From positions 1 through 36,666 of the forward strand of contig JAIRSV010000152.1 in NCBI GenBank assembly GCA_031255275.1: a DNA stretch of 36,666 nt, written 5' to 3'. Positions 1 to 9,013 of this stretch are shown one piece after another. The notes beneath the pieces were generated by a model, which had not been told where the DNA came from, did no database searches, and saw only the letters and a program-made list of their open reading frames with translations. Each line of letters starts with the position of its first letter. The first letter of the stretch is position 1. This DNA comes from Proteiniphilum sp. Lineage in GTDB: Bacteria; Bacteroidota; Bacteroidia; Bacteroidales; Dysgonomonadaceae. A program made the translations under genes and the position numbers.

Positions 1-932
1 GGATAGGGCGTATACTTTGCAAATTTCACCAGGTCGGAAACGGACAGGATCTGCTTCAGGTTTTCGTACACCGAGTCTGCATCCGTCGTTTTCCGTATCT
101 CGCTCAGGATTTCTCCCGACGTCATTTCCATTGCATTGATCCCTTCCCGTTCATGGATGTAGACGCGAAGGATGTCTGTCAGCTTGCTGTAAAACTCTTT
201 CTCCCGTCCCTGCTGCCATATTTTCCCGGCTTTGAGCCTGTCCAGTTCGCTGAGCGCCCGCACGTGCGCCGGCTGTACCTGCGGAGGCTTGAAGAAGTAG
301 CCTTTCTTCTTTTTATTCAATAAGAGGTAGATGATAATCCCCGTCAGGGCCAGTATCAGCGCGAGTCCCAGCACAATCCAGAGGATCCGGAGCCAGTCCG
401 TCCAGACAAAGGGGGCTTTCCGTACGGGTTTTATATCGTTGAGTTGCAGCTGTCCGAAGTCGATGGAATCGGTTTCGTGTCTGTTGATCCTTTCCAGATA
501 GGTCAGGGTGGAATCGGTGAGTTCCGGTGACGTGACTTTCAAGCCGAAGGAGTTGGAGTAGATGGTATCGGTGCCGTCGAAGACCGGGATATGGGGTATG
601 TGGTACAGGGTGGAATCGAACGACGTGACTACGTATTTGAAGTTGAGTGTCATCACGCTGTTTTCGACGGTGGTGTCGGGAGTCAGCATGGTTATCACTT
701 CGATACCCGGAATCATCTCCTTTTCGTATATCGGAAATTGGATGGTCTTATCTTTCGGGGTAATTACTTTCAGGTTGACCAGTGCCTGTTCGCCGATCAG
801 TATTTCGGGGGGCTGTACCGTGGCTTGCGCCGTGGCCTTCTGCGCGGCAAGGGGGAGGGCGACGGCTATAAGGCACAGCATCGTGACGGCTGCCCTGCGG
901 ATCAGGCGGATATGTTGTTTTTTCCGTTTCAA
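1..932 (-). CDS. Conserved Bacteroidetes membrane protein of the moxR-DUF58-batA (Bat) operon; 3' end runs off the window
   Basis: Not in the ORF track because it is truncated. Hand translation from TTG at 932 gives MKRKKQHIRLIRRAAVTMLCLIAVALPLAAQKATAQATVQPPEILIGEQALV..., with a signal peptide and a later TM segment (WIVLGLALILALTGIIIYLLL). It lies directly after DUF58, as in Bat operons. Confidence 0.8.
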   Translation of the reverse strand, partial: MKRKKQHIRLIRRAAVTMLCLIAVALPLAAQKATAQATVQPPEILIGEQALVNLKVITPKDKTIQFPIYEKEMIPGIEVITMLTPDTTVENSVMTLNFKYVVTSFDSTLYHIPHIPVFDGTDTIYSNSFGLKVTSPELTDSTLTYLERINRHETDSIDFGQLQLNDIKPVRKAPFVWTDWLRILWIVLGLALILALTGIIIYLLLNKKKKGYFFKPPQVQPAHVRALSELDRLKAGKIWQQGREKEFYSKLTDILRVYIHEREGINAMEMTSGEILSEIRKTTDADSVYENLKQILSVSDLVKFAKYTPY

Positions 933-933
933 G

Positions 934-1803
934 TTACTTTCTCTGTTTAAATAGTTGCAGTAAGGACTTTACGTAATCGCTTCCGGTGGATACCGACACG
1001 CCGTCCACTCCGCTCTGGCGGAAAGCGCCGGTCATCGAGAGCTGCATGCTGTTCCACCAGGTGCGGTAGCGATCTCTTACTTTCCCGGAGGATGTATTGA
1101 TCCAGCGTTCTTCTCCCGTTTCCGGGTCCTTTACCTTCATTAACCCGACCGGCTGAAGTTCCGTGCTCAGTCTGTCGTATACCTGGATGGCCGCCACGTC
1201 GTGCTTTCTGGCGGCTATCCGGAGCGCTTGCCCGTAATCGCCGGCGTCGATGAAGTCTGATATGAGGAAGGCGGTGCATCGCTTTTTGATGGCGCCGGTC
1301 ATGTAGCGGAGGGTTACGCTCAGGTCTGTCCTGTTGCCTTCGGGCCGGAAGTGCAGGATCTCGCGGATAATATAGAGGATGTGTTTTCGTCCTTTTTTCG
1401 GGGGGATGAACTTCTCTACGTTATCGGTGAAGAAGATTACGCCGATCTTGTCGTTGTTCTGGATGGCCGAGAATGCCAGCGTGGCGGCTATTTCCGCTAC
1501 CATATCGCGTTTCAGTATCGTTTGCGAACCGAAGCCGAGACTCCCGGAGACGTCGATCAGCAGCATGACGGTGAGTTCACGTTCTTCTTCGAATATTTTG
1601 ACATAGGGGCGGTTGTATCGTGCCGTTACGTTCCAGTCTATATCGCGCATGTCGTCTCCGTACTGGTATTCGCGGACTTCGGAGAAGGCCATGCCGCGTC
1701 CTTTGAAGGCGGAGTGGTATTCTCCCGCAAAAATGTTTCGCGACAGGCCTCGCGCCTTGATCTCGATGTGTCGTACTTTTTTAAGCAGTTCGGCTGTTTC
1801 CAT
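934..1803 (-). CDS. DUF58 domain (VWA-like) protein, MoxR partner
   Basis: Motifs GEYHSAFKGRGMAFSEVREYQYGDD, IDWNVTAR and EEERELTVMLLIDVSGS; immediately downstream of moxR. Confidence 0.95.
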   Translation of the reverse strand: METAELLKKVRHIEIKARGLSRNIFAGEYHSAFKGRGMAFSEVREYQYGDDMRDIDWNVTARYNRPYVKIFEEERELTVMLLIDVSGSLGFGSQTILKRDMVAEIAATLAFSAIQNNDKIGVIFFTDNVEKFIPPKKGRKHILYIIREILHFRPEGNRTDLSVTLRYMTGAIKKRCTAFLISDFIDAGDYGQALRIAARKHDVAAIQVYDRLSTELQPVGLMKVKDPETGEERWINTSSGKVRDRYRTWWNSMQLSMTGAFRQSGVDGVSVSTGSDYVKSLLQLFKQRK

Positions 1804-1830
1804 GTTATACGCTGCCCTTTATCTTCGCTG

Positions 1831-2826
1831 TTAGGGCACTTCTACCCGGTTCAGTATTTCGCTGACGATCTCTTCGGCGGTCATGTTGTTGGCTTCCGCT
1901 TCGTAGGTGAGTCCGATGCGGTGGCGGAGTACGTCGTGACATACGGCGCGGATGTCTTCGGGGATTACGTAGCCGCGGCGCTTGATGAAGGCGAACGCGC
2001 GGGCGGCCAGCGCCAGGTTGATGGAGGCGCGGGGTGAGGCGCCGAATCCGATCATATCTTTCAGGTTTGCCATGCCGAAGCGGTCGGGGAAACGTGAGGC
2101 AAAGACGATGTCGACGATGTATTTGCTGATCTTTTCGTCAATGTATACGTCCCGCACGATCTTTCGCGCTTCCAGGATGGCTTGCGTGGAGATGACGGCT
2201 TTGCCGGCGGAGACCGGCTCGAATATGTTTTGCCGGATGATCTGTTTCTCTTCCTCCTGAGACGGGTAGGTGATGATGACCTTCAGCATGAAGCGGTCTA
2301 CCTGTGCTTCCGGCAGCGGATAGGTTCCCTCCTGTTCGATGGGGTTTTGTGTTGCCATTACGAGGAAGGGTTCCGGCAGTTGACAGGTCTGCTCGCCGAT
2401 GGTGACCTGGCGTTCCTGCATGGCTTCGAGCAGGGCGCTCTGCACTTTGGCGGGGGCGCGGTTTATTTCGTCGGCCAGGACGAAGTGGGCGAAGACGGGG
2501 CCGCGCTTCACCTGGAATTCTTCTTTGCGCTGGCTGTAGATCATGGTGCCGATGACGTCGGCGGGCAGGAGGTCGGGGGTGAACTGGATGCGACTGTAAT
2601 CGGCATCGATCAGTTGAGCCAGGGTTTTTATGGCCAGGGTTTTTGCCAGTCCGGGGACTCCTTCCAGGAGGATGTGCCCGTCCGACAGCAGTCCGATCAG
2701 CAGCGACTCTATCAGGTGTTTCTGTCCCACGATCACGCGGTTCATGCCCGCAACGAGTATCCGGACGAAATCGCTGTTTTGCTCTATTCTCTCATTCAGC
2801 TCCTTAATATCGACTAATTGGCTCAT
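1831..2826 (-). CDS. moxR: MoxR family AAA+ ATPase
   Basis: Walker A GVPGLAKT, RIQFTPDLLPAD, Walker B LADEINRAPAKVQSALLEAMQE, ATQNPIEQEGTYPLPEAQVDRF. Confidence 0.96.
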   Translation of the reverse strand: MSQLVDIKELNERIEQNSDFVRILVAGMNRVIVGQKHLIESLLIGLLSDGHILLEGVPGLAKTLAIKTLAQLIDADYSRIQFTPDLLPADVIGTMIYSQRKEEFQVKRGPVFAHFVLADEINRAPAKVQSALLEAMQERQVTIGEQTCQLPEPFLVMATQNPIEQEGTYPLPEAQVDRFMLKVIITYPSQEEEKQIIRQNIFEPVSAGKAVISTQAILEARKIVRDVYIDEKISKYIVDIVFASRFPDRFGMANLKDMIGFGASPRASINLALAARAFAFIKRRGYVIPEDIRAVCHDVLRHRIGLTYEAEANNMTAEEIVSEILNRVEVP

Positions 2827-2866
2827 ATTTTTTTGATTATTGTTGTATGGATTTTTTTTCGATATG

Positions 2867-2874
2867 CAAAATTA
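2867..2874 (-). promoter_or_regulatory. Bacteroidetes sigma-A -7 element for moxR operon
   Basis: Minus strand reads TAATTTTG (TAnnTTTG), 41 nt upstream of the moxR ATG. Confidence 0.6.
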
Positions 2875-2907
2875 AAAATGTTAAGAAGGTTTCTTGCGGT
2901 TTGGGGG

Positions 2908-3621
2908 TTAAAAATGTTTAAGCTCGTGTGATAATTCCATTCCGAAGCGGTGAACGAAGGCTTGTTTCATCCGGACGGATACTTTTTCGAAGCCGGGGTC
3001 GACGCCGCCCAGTTCCCTTTGCATGGAGGTCACTCCGCGGTCGGTGAATCCGCAGGGGTTGATGTGGTTGAAGTAGGCGAGGTCGGTATTGACGTTGAGC
3101 GCCAGCCCGTGCATCGTGACATGGCGGCTTGCACGCACGCCGATGGCGCAGATCTTTCGCGCCCGGGCCGGATTGCCGGCGTCAAGCCACACGCCCATCG
3201 CTTTTGCATCCTTTTCGCCCCTGATCCCGCAGGATTCCAGCGTCTCTATCACTACGTCTTCGAGTGCGGAGATGTAGCTTTTTATTCCCATCCCGAACGT
3301 TTCGAGGTCGATGACCGGGTATGCGACCAGTTGCCCGGGTCCGTGGTAGGTGATGTCTCCTCCGCGGTCGGTGGCGTGCAGGTCGATGTGCCTGTCGCGG
3401 CAGAGGTGCTCGGCGATGAGCAGGTTGTGCCTGTCGCCGTGCTTGCCGAGGGTGTAGACGTGTTCGTGTTCGCAGAAAAGAAGGTGTTGTTCCGGGGGCT
3501 TTTTCCCGCAAGTGGCGGCTTTCCCGCTGAGCAGTGTCCCGAAGAGTTTTTCCTGGTACTCCCAGGCTTCTTTGTAACGGATGCGCCCGAGGTTTTCAAA
3601 AGTCACGTTTACCTTCATCAT
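2908..3621 (-). CDS. lipB: Lipoyl(octanoyl) transferase LipB
   Basis: LLFCEHEHVYTLGK, DRGGDITYHGPGQLVAYP, RKICAIGV, HGLALNVN, INPCG motifs. Start may be 3621 or 3618 (ATG ATG). Confidence 0.95.
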   Translation of the reverse strand: MMKVNVTFENLGRIRYKEAWEYQEKLFGTLLSGKAATCGKKPPEQHLLFCEHEHVYTLGKHGDRHNLLIAEHLCRDRHIDLHATDRGGDITYHGPGQLVAYPVIDLETFGMGIKSYISALEDVVIETLESCGIRGEKDAKAMGVWLDAGNPARARKICAIGVRASRHVTMHGLALNVNTDLAYFNHINPCGFTDRGVTSMQRELGGVDPGFEKVSVRMKQAFVHRFGMELSHELKHF

Positions 3622-4498
3622 TCACGCCGGTGCGTTCAACATGCCGCTCCGCACGGTAGGACGAACGTACCAGCGGGGCGCTTTCCACAAATGCAAATCC
3701 TTTTTCAAGGGCTGCGGCTGCGTATTTCCGGAACTGTCCGGGCGACACGTACTCTTTCACCGCGAGGTGTTTCCGGGTCGGCTGCAGGTACTGGCCTATG
3801 GTGAGTATCCGGCATCCGGCGTCGATCAGGTCGTCCATCGTTTGCAGCACCTCTTCTTCCGTCTCGCCCAGGCCGACCATTATGCCCGATTTGGGCTTTG
3901 CTCTGCCGCTTCCGGCGACGGTTTCTATCGTTTTGAGGCTGATGTCGTACCTGGCGCGGCTGCGTACTTCCGGCGTCAGGCGTCTTACGGTTTCCAGGTT
4001 GTGCGATATGATTTCGGGAGCGGCATCCGTCACTTTGCCGATCAGTGTGGCCTCTCCGTTGAAGTCGGGGATCAGCGCTTCAACCGTCACTCCGGGATTT
4101 CTCTGCCGGATCTGCCTGATTGCGGTTGCCCAGAATCCGGCGCCGAGATCGGGCAGGTCGTCGCGGTCGACACTGGTAATCACGCAGTGTTTCAGGTGCA
4201 TCTTCGCGATGCTTTCGGCCAGGCGTTCCGGTTCGTCGGGATCCGTCACTCCCCGCGGGTTGCCTGTCTGTACGGCGCAGAACTTGCATGCGCGCGTGCA
4301 GATGTTGCCCAGGATCATAAAGGAGGCGGTTCCCCGGCCCCAACATTCTGCGAGGTTGGGGCATTTTCCGCTTGTGCAGATTGTATGAAGTCCTTTCCCT
4401 GCGATGATTTCCCGCACGTCCAGGTATTGCTTCCCGCGGGGGAGCGATGTTTTGAGCCAGTCGGGTTTTCTTGCCGTCGGTCCGGGTTTATTTTCCAT
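3596..4498 (-). CDS. lipA: Lipoyl synthase LipA (radical SAM)
   Basis: RKPDWLK, auxiliary cluster motif CTSGKCPNLAEC, radical-SAM CTRACKFC, C-terminal PLVRSSY. Start placed at ATG 4498 because the ORF-track start (4564) lies inside the predicted promoter. Confidence 0.96.
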   Translation of the reverse strand: MENKPGPTARKPDWLKTSLPRGKQYLDVREIIAGKGLHTICTSGKCPNLAECWGRGTASFMILGNICTRACKFCAVQTGNPRGVTDPDEPERLAESIAKMHLKHCVITSVDRDDLPDLGAGFWATAIRQIRQRNPGVTVEALIPDFNGEATLIGKVTDAAPEIISHNLETVRRLTPEVRSRARYDISLKTIETVAGSGRAKPKSGIMVGLGETEEEVLQTMDDLIDAGCRILTIGQYLQPTRKHLAVKEYVSPGQFRKYAAAALEKGFAFVESAPLVRSSYRAERHVERTGVNDEGKRDF

Positions 4499-4561
4499 AT
4501 ACCTTATATTATTGTTTCTTTTGCGGCATCCGGCGGATTTTTCGGGATGTTGCGCGGGGGA

Positions 4562-4569
4562 CAAATGTA
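4562..4569 (-). promoter_or_regulatory. -7 promoter element for lipA-lipB
   Basis: Minus strand reads TACATTTG. Confidence 0.6.
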
Positions 4570-4651
4570 CGACTTTATCCGGAAATAATCAACGGGGGTG
4601 ATGTACCCGTGGGAGGTGGGGTGGTGAAGGGGCGGCAATGAGGGGGGTAAT

Positions 4652-4839
4652 GCTGTGTAAATTGAGTGAAAACGGTAGATTGACCTATTTTTACTGCATT
4701 TTGGGACGATTGTTGCATCCGGTCTGACAAAAATTACAGGTCGGCTCCGGCAAGGTGGGGGTAGAATGGCTGTGTAAATCGAGTGAAACGGATGATTGAC
4801 CCATTTTTTCTGTCTTTTGGGACGATTGTTGCATCCGGT
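4652..4839. repeat. Imperfect ~72-bp direct repeat, two copies (4652-4723, 4769-4839)
   Basis: Both copies read gctgtgtaaatYgagtgaaa..gattgaccYattttt.. and end in an identical 25-mer ttttgggacgattgttgcatccggt (4699-4723, 4815-4839). Confidence 0.9.
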
Positions 4840-5260
4840 TCGGGAGTATACTGCGATCCTTACGATTCATTTTATTTATATGAATGTAAGAGTGACTCCG
4901 GTGAAACTTGCCGTAAGACATATCCTGTTTCTTTATCCGTTCATCCTTTTTGCGGGCATGGACGGACGGATACGGTCAGTGCGGATTTGTCCGTCTCCAG
5001 GGGTATCGGAGGTCAGCTGGGCGAAAAGCGGTATGAACGGGGTGATTATCCGGTTCCGTTTCACAGGTTTCAGCTTTCCGGGCGCTTTGCCGGCTTCGTT
5101 GCGTGTGTGCCGCGTACGGGCGATTTCAGTGTGTTTCGCGGGGCCTGTGACGGTGACCGGAGTAAGATTTTCGGGCATGGCGGAATGTTTTGAGAGTGTG
5201 TAATGTTTTGAGAATGAACTTTGTATATGAACTGTTTATAGTGTCGGATCAGCTTTTAGG

Positions 5261-5464
5261 GCAGTTACCGGAAAATTTCCGGTAATTACTTTGAACTTTC
5301 CGGTAATTACTTTAAAGTTTCCGGTAATTACTTTGACGTTTCAGCCGGTGACTTGAGGCTCCGGGTAATTACTTTAAAGTCTCCGGTAATTACTTTAAAT
5401 CTTCCGGTAATTACTTTGAACTTCCCGGTAACTGCTTTGAACTTCCCGGTAACTACCGGAATTC
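5261..5464. repeat. 21-bp tandem repeat array, consensus ccggtaattactttRaaNttt, about 9 units with inverted copies at the ends
   Basis: Units start at 5279, 5300, 5321, (5342 degenerate), 5362, 5383, 5404, 5425 and 5446 (partial). An inverted partial unit gcagttaccgg lies at 5261-5271. Confidence 0.95.
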
Positions 5465-5851
5465 GCCGTAAGGGTACGTGTATTATTTTTATTCGCGAGC
5501 AGATTTTTCTTCTTTTTACCTTCCGGTCTAAAGTTTTTTTGCCTGGCCGGGAGGGGGGCTTTTTCCGAAAAAAACAGTGTGTGTTATAAAAATGATTAAC
5601 AGATGTGTTGCCGGCCGGGGTTGCCGAATCGGGGGGTCTTTTTATTATTTTTTCAGTCATATCACGGAGATGATGGGGTGTGTTTTAACACTTGCGGCAA
5701 GTTGCACGATATGTTTTTCGTGTAAGGGGGATGTTGTGTATTTTTTTAACGGGGAGATTATTATTCCGGACTGTCATGCGAGGCCGGATACGCGGTATGG
5801 AAAAAGGGGCATCGACGGACGGTGCGGACGCGGCGGGTGAATCACGCGTCC

Positions 5852-7075
5852 TTATTCTCCGTCGTAAAGCTGGTACAGGAAATCGTTGTAGGGGAAGCGG
5901 CTGACGTGAATCTCCTTCACCCGGTCATAAATAATCTGCTTCAGGCTGTCGATGTTGACCTTCTCGCGTGCGGAGATAAAGAGACAGTTTTCGTTCATCC
6001 GGCTCATCCAGGTCTGCCGAAGCTCGTCGAGCGAATAATTTTCCCGTCTTTTCGGCGTGAGGTCGTCCTCTTCCCTGGCTACGTGCGAGAAGGCATCTAT
6101 CTTGTTGAATACTGTTATTACCGGTTTCTCTCTTCCGTCAATTTCGCACAGTGTCTTCTCCACGACGGCTATCTGTTCTTCGAAGGCGGGATGCGAAACG
6201 TCTGCCACGTGTACCAGGACGTCGGCTTCCCGCACCTCGTCGAGGGTGGATTTGAACGATTCTATCAGGTGTGCCGGCAGCTTGCGGATGAAGCCTACCG
6301 TATCGGTCAGCAGAAACGGCAGGTTTTCTACCGTCACCTTGCGTACCGTCGTGTCGAGTGTGGCAAAGAGTCTGTTTTCGGCAAAGACCTCGCTTTTGCT
6401 GAGCAGCGTCATCAGCGTTGACTTCCCCACGTTGGTATACCCTACCAGTGCTACGCGTACCAGCTTTCCCCGGTTCTTCCGCTGCACGGACTTCTGCCGG
6501 TCAATCTCTTTGAGCTCCTGCTTCAGGCGCGAAATCCTGTCGAGGATCATGCGCCGGTCAGACTCCAGCTGCGTTTCTCCCGGACCGCGCATCACGGTTC
6601 CCCCGCCGCCCCGCTGCCGCTCCAGATGACTCCACATCCGGGTCAGCCGCGGCAGCAGGTACTGATACTGTGCCAGTTCTACCTGCGCCCTGGCGTGTGC
6701 CGTCTGCGCGCGCATGGCAAATATGTCGAGGATGAGGCTGGTGCGATCCATGATGCGGACTTTGAGCGTCTTCTCGATGTTGCGAAGCTGGCGGGCGGAA
6801 AGTTCATCGTCAAAAATAACCGTACACGCACCTTCCGCCTCTCCGTTCACAAAGAGTGCTATCTCCTCAAGCTTTCCCTTGCCCACAAAGGTGGCCGTGC
6901 CGGGCGCCTCCATCCGCTGCACGAAGCGCTTCACCGGCACAAGCCCTGCCGTTTCGGCCAGGAATGAGAGTTCATCAAGATACTCACTCACCTTCTCCGC
7001 GCTCTGGCCGGGCGTGATAAGCCCCACCAGCACAGCGCTTCCGCAACCCGTTTCGCCTGTAATAAAATCTCTCAT
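5852..7075 (-). CDS. hflX: Ribosome-splitting GTPase HflX
   Basis: IFDDELS, LILDIFAMRA, RGPGETQLE, G1 VGYTNVGKSTL, LFATLDTT, G3 DTVGFI, G4 NKID. Confidence 0.97.
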   Translation of the reverse strand: MRDFITGETGCGSAVLVGLITPGQSAEKVSEYLDELSFLAETAGLVPVKRFVQRMEAPGTATFVGKGKLEEIALFVNGEAEGACTVIFDDELSARQLRNIEKTLKVRIMDRTSLILDIFAMRAQTAHARAQVELAQYQYLLPRLTRMWSHLERQRGGGGTVMRGPGETQLESDRRMILDRISRLKQELKEIDRQKSVQRKNRGKLVRVALVGYTNVGKSTLMTLLSKSEVFAENRLFATLDTTVRKVTVENLPFLLTDTVGFIRKLPAHLIESFKSTLDEVREADVLVHVADVSHPAFEEQIAVVEKTLCEIDGREKPVITVFNKIDAFSHVAREEDDLTPKRRENYSLDELRQTWMSRMNENCLFISAREKVNIDSLKQIIYDRVKEIHVSRFPYNDFLYQLYDGE

Positions 7076-7086
7076 AACCTGTTTTT

Positions 7087-7587
7087 TCAGAACCAGAAGC
7101 CCAGCCCTGCCGTAAAGATTACCTGCGGGTGACCGGGGATAATTTGATACTTCAATTCAAAATTGGCGCATACCTTATAGGCTATATCATGCTGCAGGCC
7201 GACGCCGAGGTTAATCCCCAGGCGATGCTTCCTCCAGCCCTCCACCAGCGTATCGCCTCTCTTTGCGTCATACCGCTTCCACAGAGAGTAGTGAAGTCCT
7301 GCCACCGGGTAGAGCGACGCGGCAATGGATATCGGGAAGATGTAATGCGCATCCGCATCCGTAATCCACATGGCATCCCCCTTCCGTTCGGGAAAATGCG
7401 TCACCGACGGTGAAAACCGCAGATTGTTCGTGTAATAGTAATGAGCGTGCAACCCTCCGCCGAGACTGTTGACCTCTCCGCCGAATGCGGCGTGAATACC
7501 TGCTCCCACTGTTCCCTCAAACTGCGCGTGCGCTTCAGGAACCAACAGCAGTGAAAAAAAGAATCCTAAAGTAAATACTCGTCTCAT
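7087..7587 (-). CDS. Small outer-membrane beta-barrel (porin family/OmpA-TM-like) protein
   Basis: Signal peptide ending AHA-Q, alternating amphipathic strands, YPVAGL and GINLGVG motifs, C-terminal GLGFWF. Confidence 0.75.
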   Translation of the reverse strand: MRRVFTLGFFFSLLLVPEAHAQFEGTVGAGIHAAFGGEVNSLGGGLHAHYYYTNNLRFSPSVTHFPERKGDAMWITDADAHYIFPISIAASLYPVAGLHYSLWKRYDAKRGDTLVEGWRKHRLGINLGVGLQHDIAYKVCANFELKYQIIPGHPQVIFTAGLGFWF

Positions 7588-7669
7588 AAAAAATTATCAA
7601 TAAACAGTTATCATCCCATATTCATGTATTACATCCTTCACATCGGCCGCCGGCCGGCGCCGCGCCGGG

Positions 7670-8737
7670 TCAGCAAATCACGCCGCTCCCCAGGCAGATC
7701 GCTGCCTCTCTGTCGTAAACCACGCCGAACTGTCCCGCAGCAATGCCCTGCACCGGTTCGGAAGAACGGATACGGTACATGTCACCCGTCTTCGAAATCC
7801 ATCCCGGCGTGAAGTCCGGCGTGTGCCTTATTTTGAATGTAATCTCCTTTTCATCCTCAAAATCGCCCCACACATCTCCGGTAATAAAGCTGAATCCCTG
7901 CAGGTTGATGATCTCGCCATACTGATGCTGCGTATCATATCCGCGGGAAACGTAGACAATATTCCTCGGCACATCCTTCCTGATCACAAACCAGGGACCG
8001 CCGCTCAGCCCCAGCCCTCTGCGCTGGCCGATGGTATGGAACCAGAATCCCTGATGCTTCCCCAGGATATTGCCCGTCTCCAGTTCCACGATAAGGCCTT
8101 CCTTCCGTCCCAGGTAACGCTCGATAAACTTATTATAATTCACCTTCCCCAGGAAGCAAATTCCCTGACTGTCCCGGCGCAGCGCCGAGGGCAGCTTTTC
8201 GCGGACAGCCACCGCCCGCACTTCCGGCTTGAGCATGCCGCCTACCGGAAACATCATCCGGGAGACCTGCAGACAGTTTACCTGTCCCAGAAAATAAGTC
8301 TGATCCTTCAGGCGATCCTTCGCCGTGGAAAGCCACGTCATCCCCTCCCGCTCCGTGACGGAGGCATAATGTCCGGTTGCAATCCTGTCGAACTGATAGC
8401 CCCACTTCCGCTCAAAGACGCCAAACTTGATCAGCTTGTTGCACATCATGTCAGGATTCGGCGTCAATCCCCTCCTCACGGAATCGACCGTATAACGCAC
8501 CACACTCTCCCAGTACTCCTCGTGCAGCGAGACAATCTCGAAGCGGCAGCCATACTTCCGGGCGATGAACGACACGATCTCGATATCCTCCTCCGACGGA
8601 CAGTCCGTATACCCCCCGTCCCCGTCCTCCATGCCAATCCTTATATAATAGATGACGGGATCGTGCCCCATCTCCTTCAGCAGATGCACCACAACCGAAC
8701 TGTCCACACCGCCGGACACCAGCGCCGCTATCTCCAT
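7670..8737 (-). CDS. mnmA: tRNA 2-thiouridine(34) synthase MnmA
   Basis: PP-loop SGGVDSS, TPNPDMMCN, IATGHYA, KDQTYFL, DSQGICF, TIGQRRGL. Confidence 0.95.
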   Translation of the reverse strand: MEIAALVSGGVDSSVVVHLLKEMGHDPVIYYIRIGMEDGDGGYTDCPSEEDIEIVSFIARKYGCRFEIVSLHEEYWESVVRYTVDSVRRGLTPNPDMMCNKLIKFGVFERKWGYQFDRIATGHYASVTEREGMTWLSTAKDRLKDQTYFLGQVNCLQVSRMMFPVGGMLKPEVRAVAVREKLPSALRRDSQGICFLGKVNYNKFIERYLGRKEGLIVELETGNILGKHQGFWFHTIGQRRGLGLSGGPWFVIRKDVPRNIVYVSRGYDTQHQYGEIINLQGFSFITGDVWGDFEDEKEITFKIRHTPDFTPGWISKTGDMYRIRSSEPVQGIAAGQFGVVYDREAAICLGSGVIC

Positions 8738-8801
8738 TTTATGACTATTTTTTTATTCGTGATTACCTTCATCATACCGGGATCCCGTTGAGTTTGAAGT
8801 G

Positions 8802-8809
8802 CAAAGGTA
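8802..8809 (-). promoter_or_regulatory. -7 promoter element for mnmA
   Basis: Minus strand reads TACCTTTG in the mnmA/recJ divergent gap. Confidence 0.65.
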
Positions 8810-9013
8810 CAAATAAGTATTGAATCGCCGAAGGCTGCTTATTTGTAGCTCAAAATAAGCGAATAAGAAAAAATGTATTACCTTTACAACGTCGGAAGAG
8901 TATCCGGAAGCGCCCTGTCTGCGACAGCATGCGGACAGGAGCACATCCCGAAAATTCGCTTTCCCCGAAGCCGATTCGGGGAGCTTGAAAGAGAAAAGAA
9001 AAAAACTATATAA

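Noticed and set aside
562-4588. Plus-strand ORFs over the Bat genes, lipB and lipA
   Set aside because: Antisense shadows; the minus-strand frames carry all the conserved motifs.
5279-5464. CRISPR array
   Set aside because: Units are contiguous 21-mers with no unique spacers, and there are no cas genes in the window.
4691-5904. Short ORFs in the lipA-hflX gap (e.g. 4783..5193, 4933..5178, 5328..5660, 5353..5589)
   Set aside because: They overlap each other on both strands, have no recognisable motifs and are partly repeat-derived.
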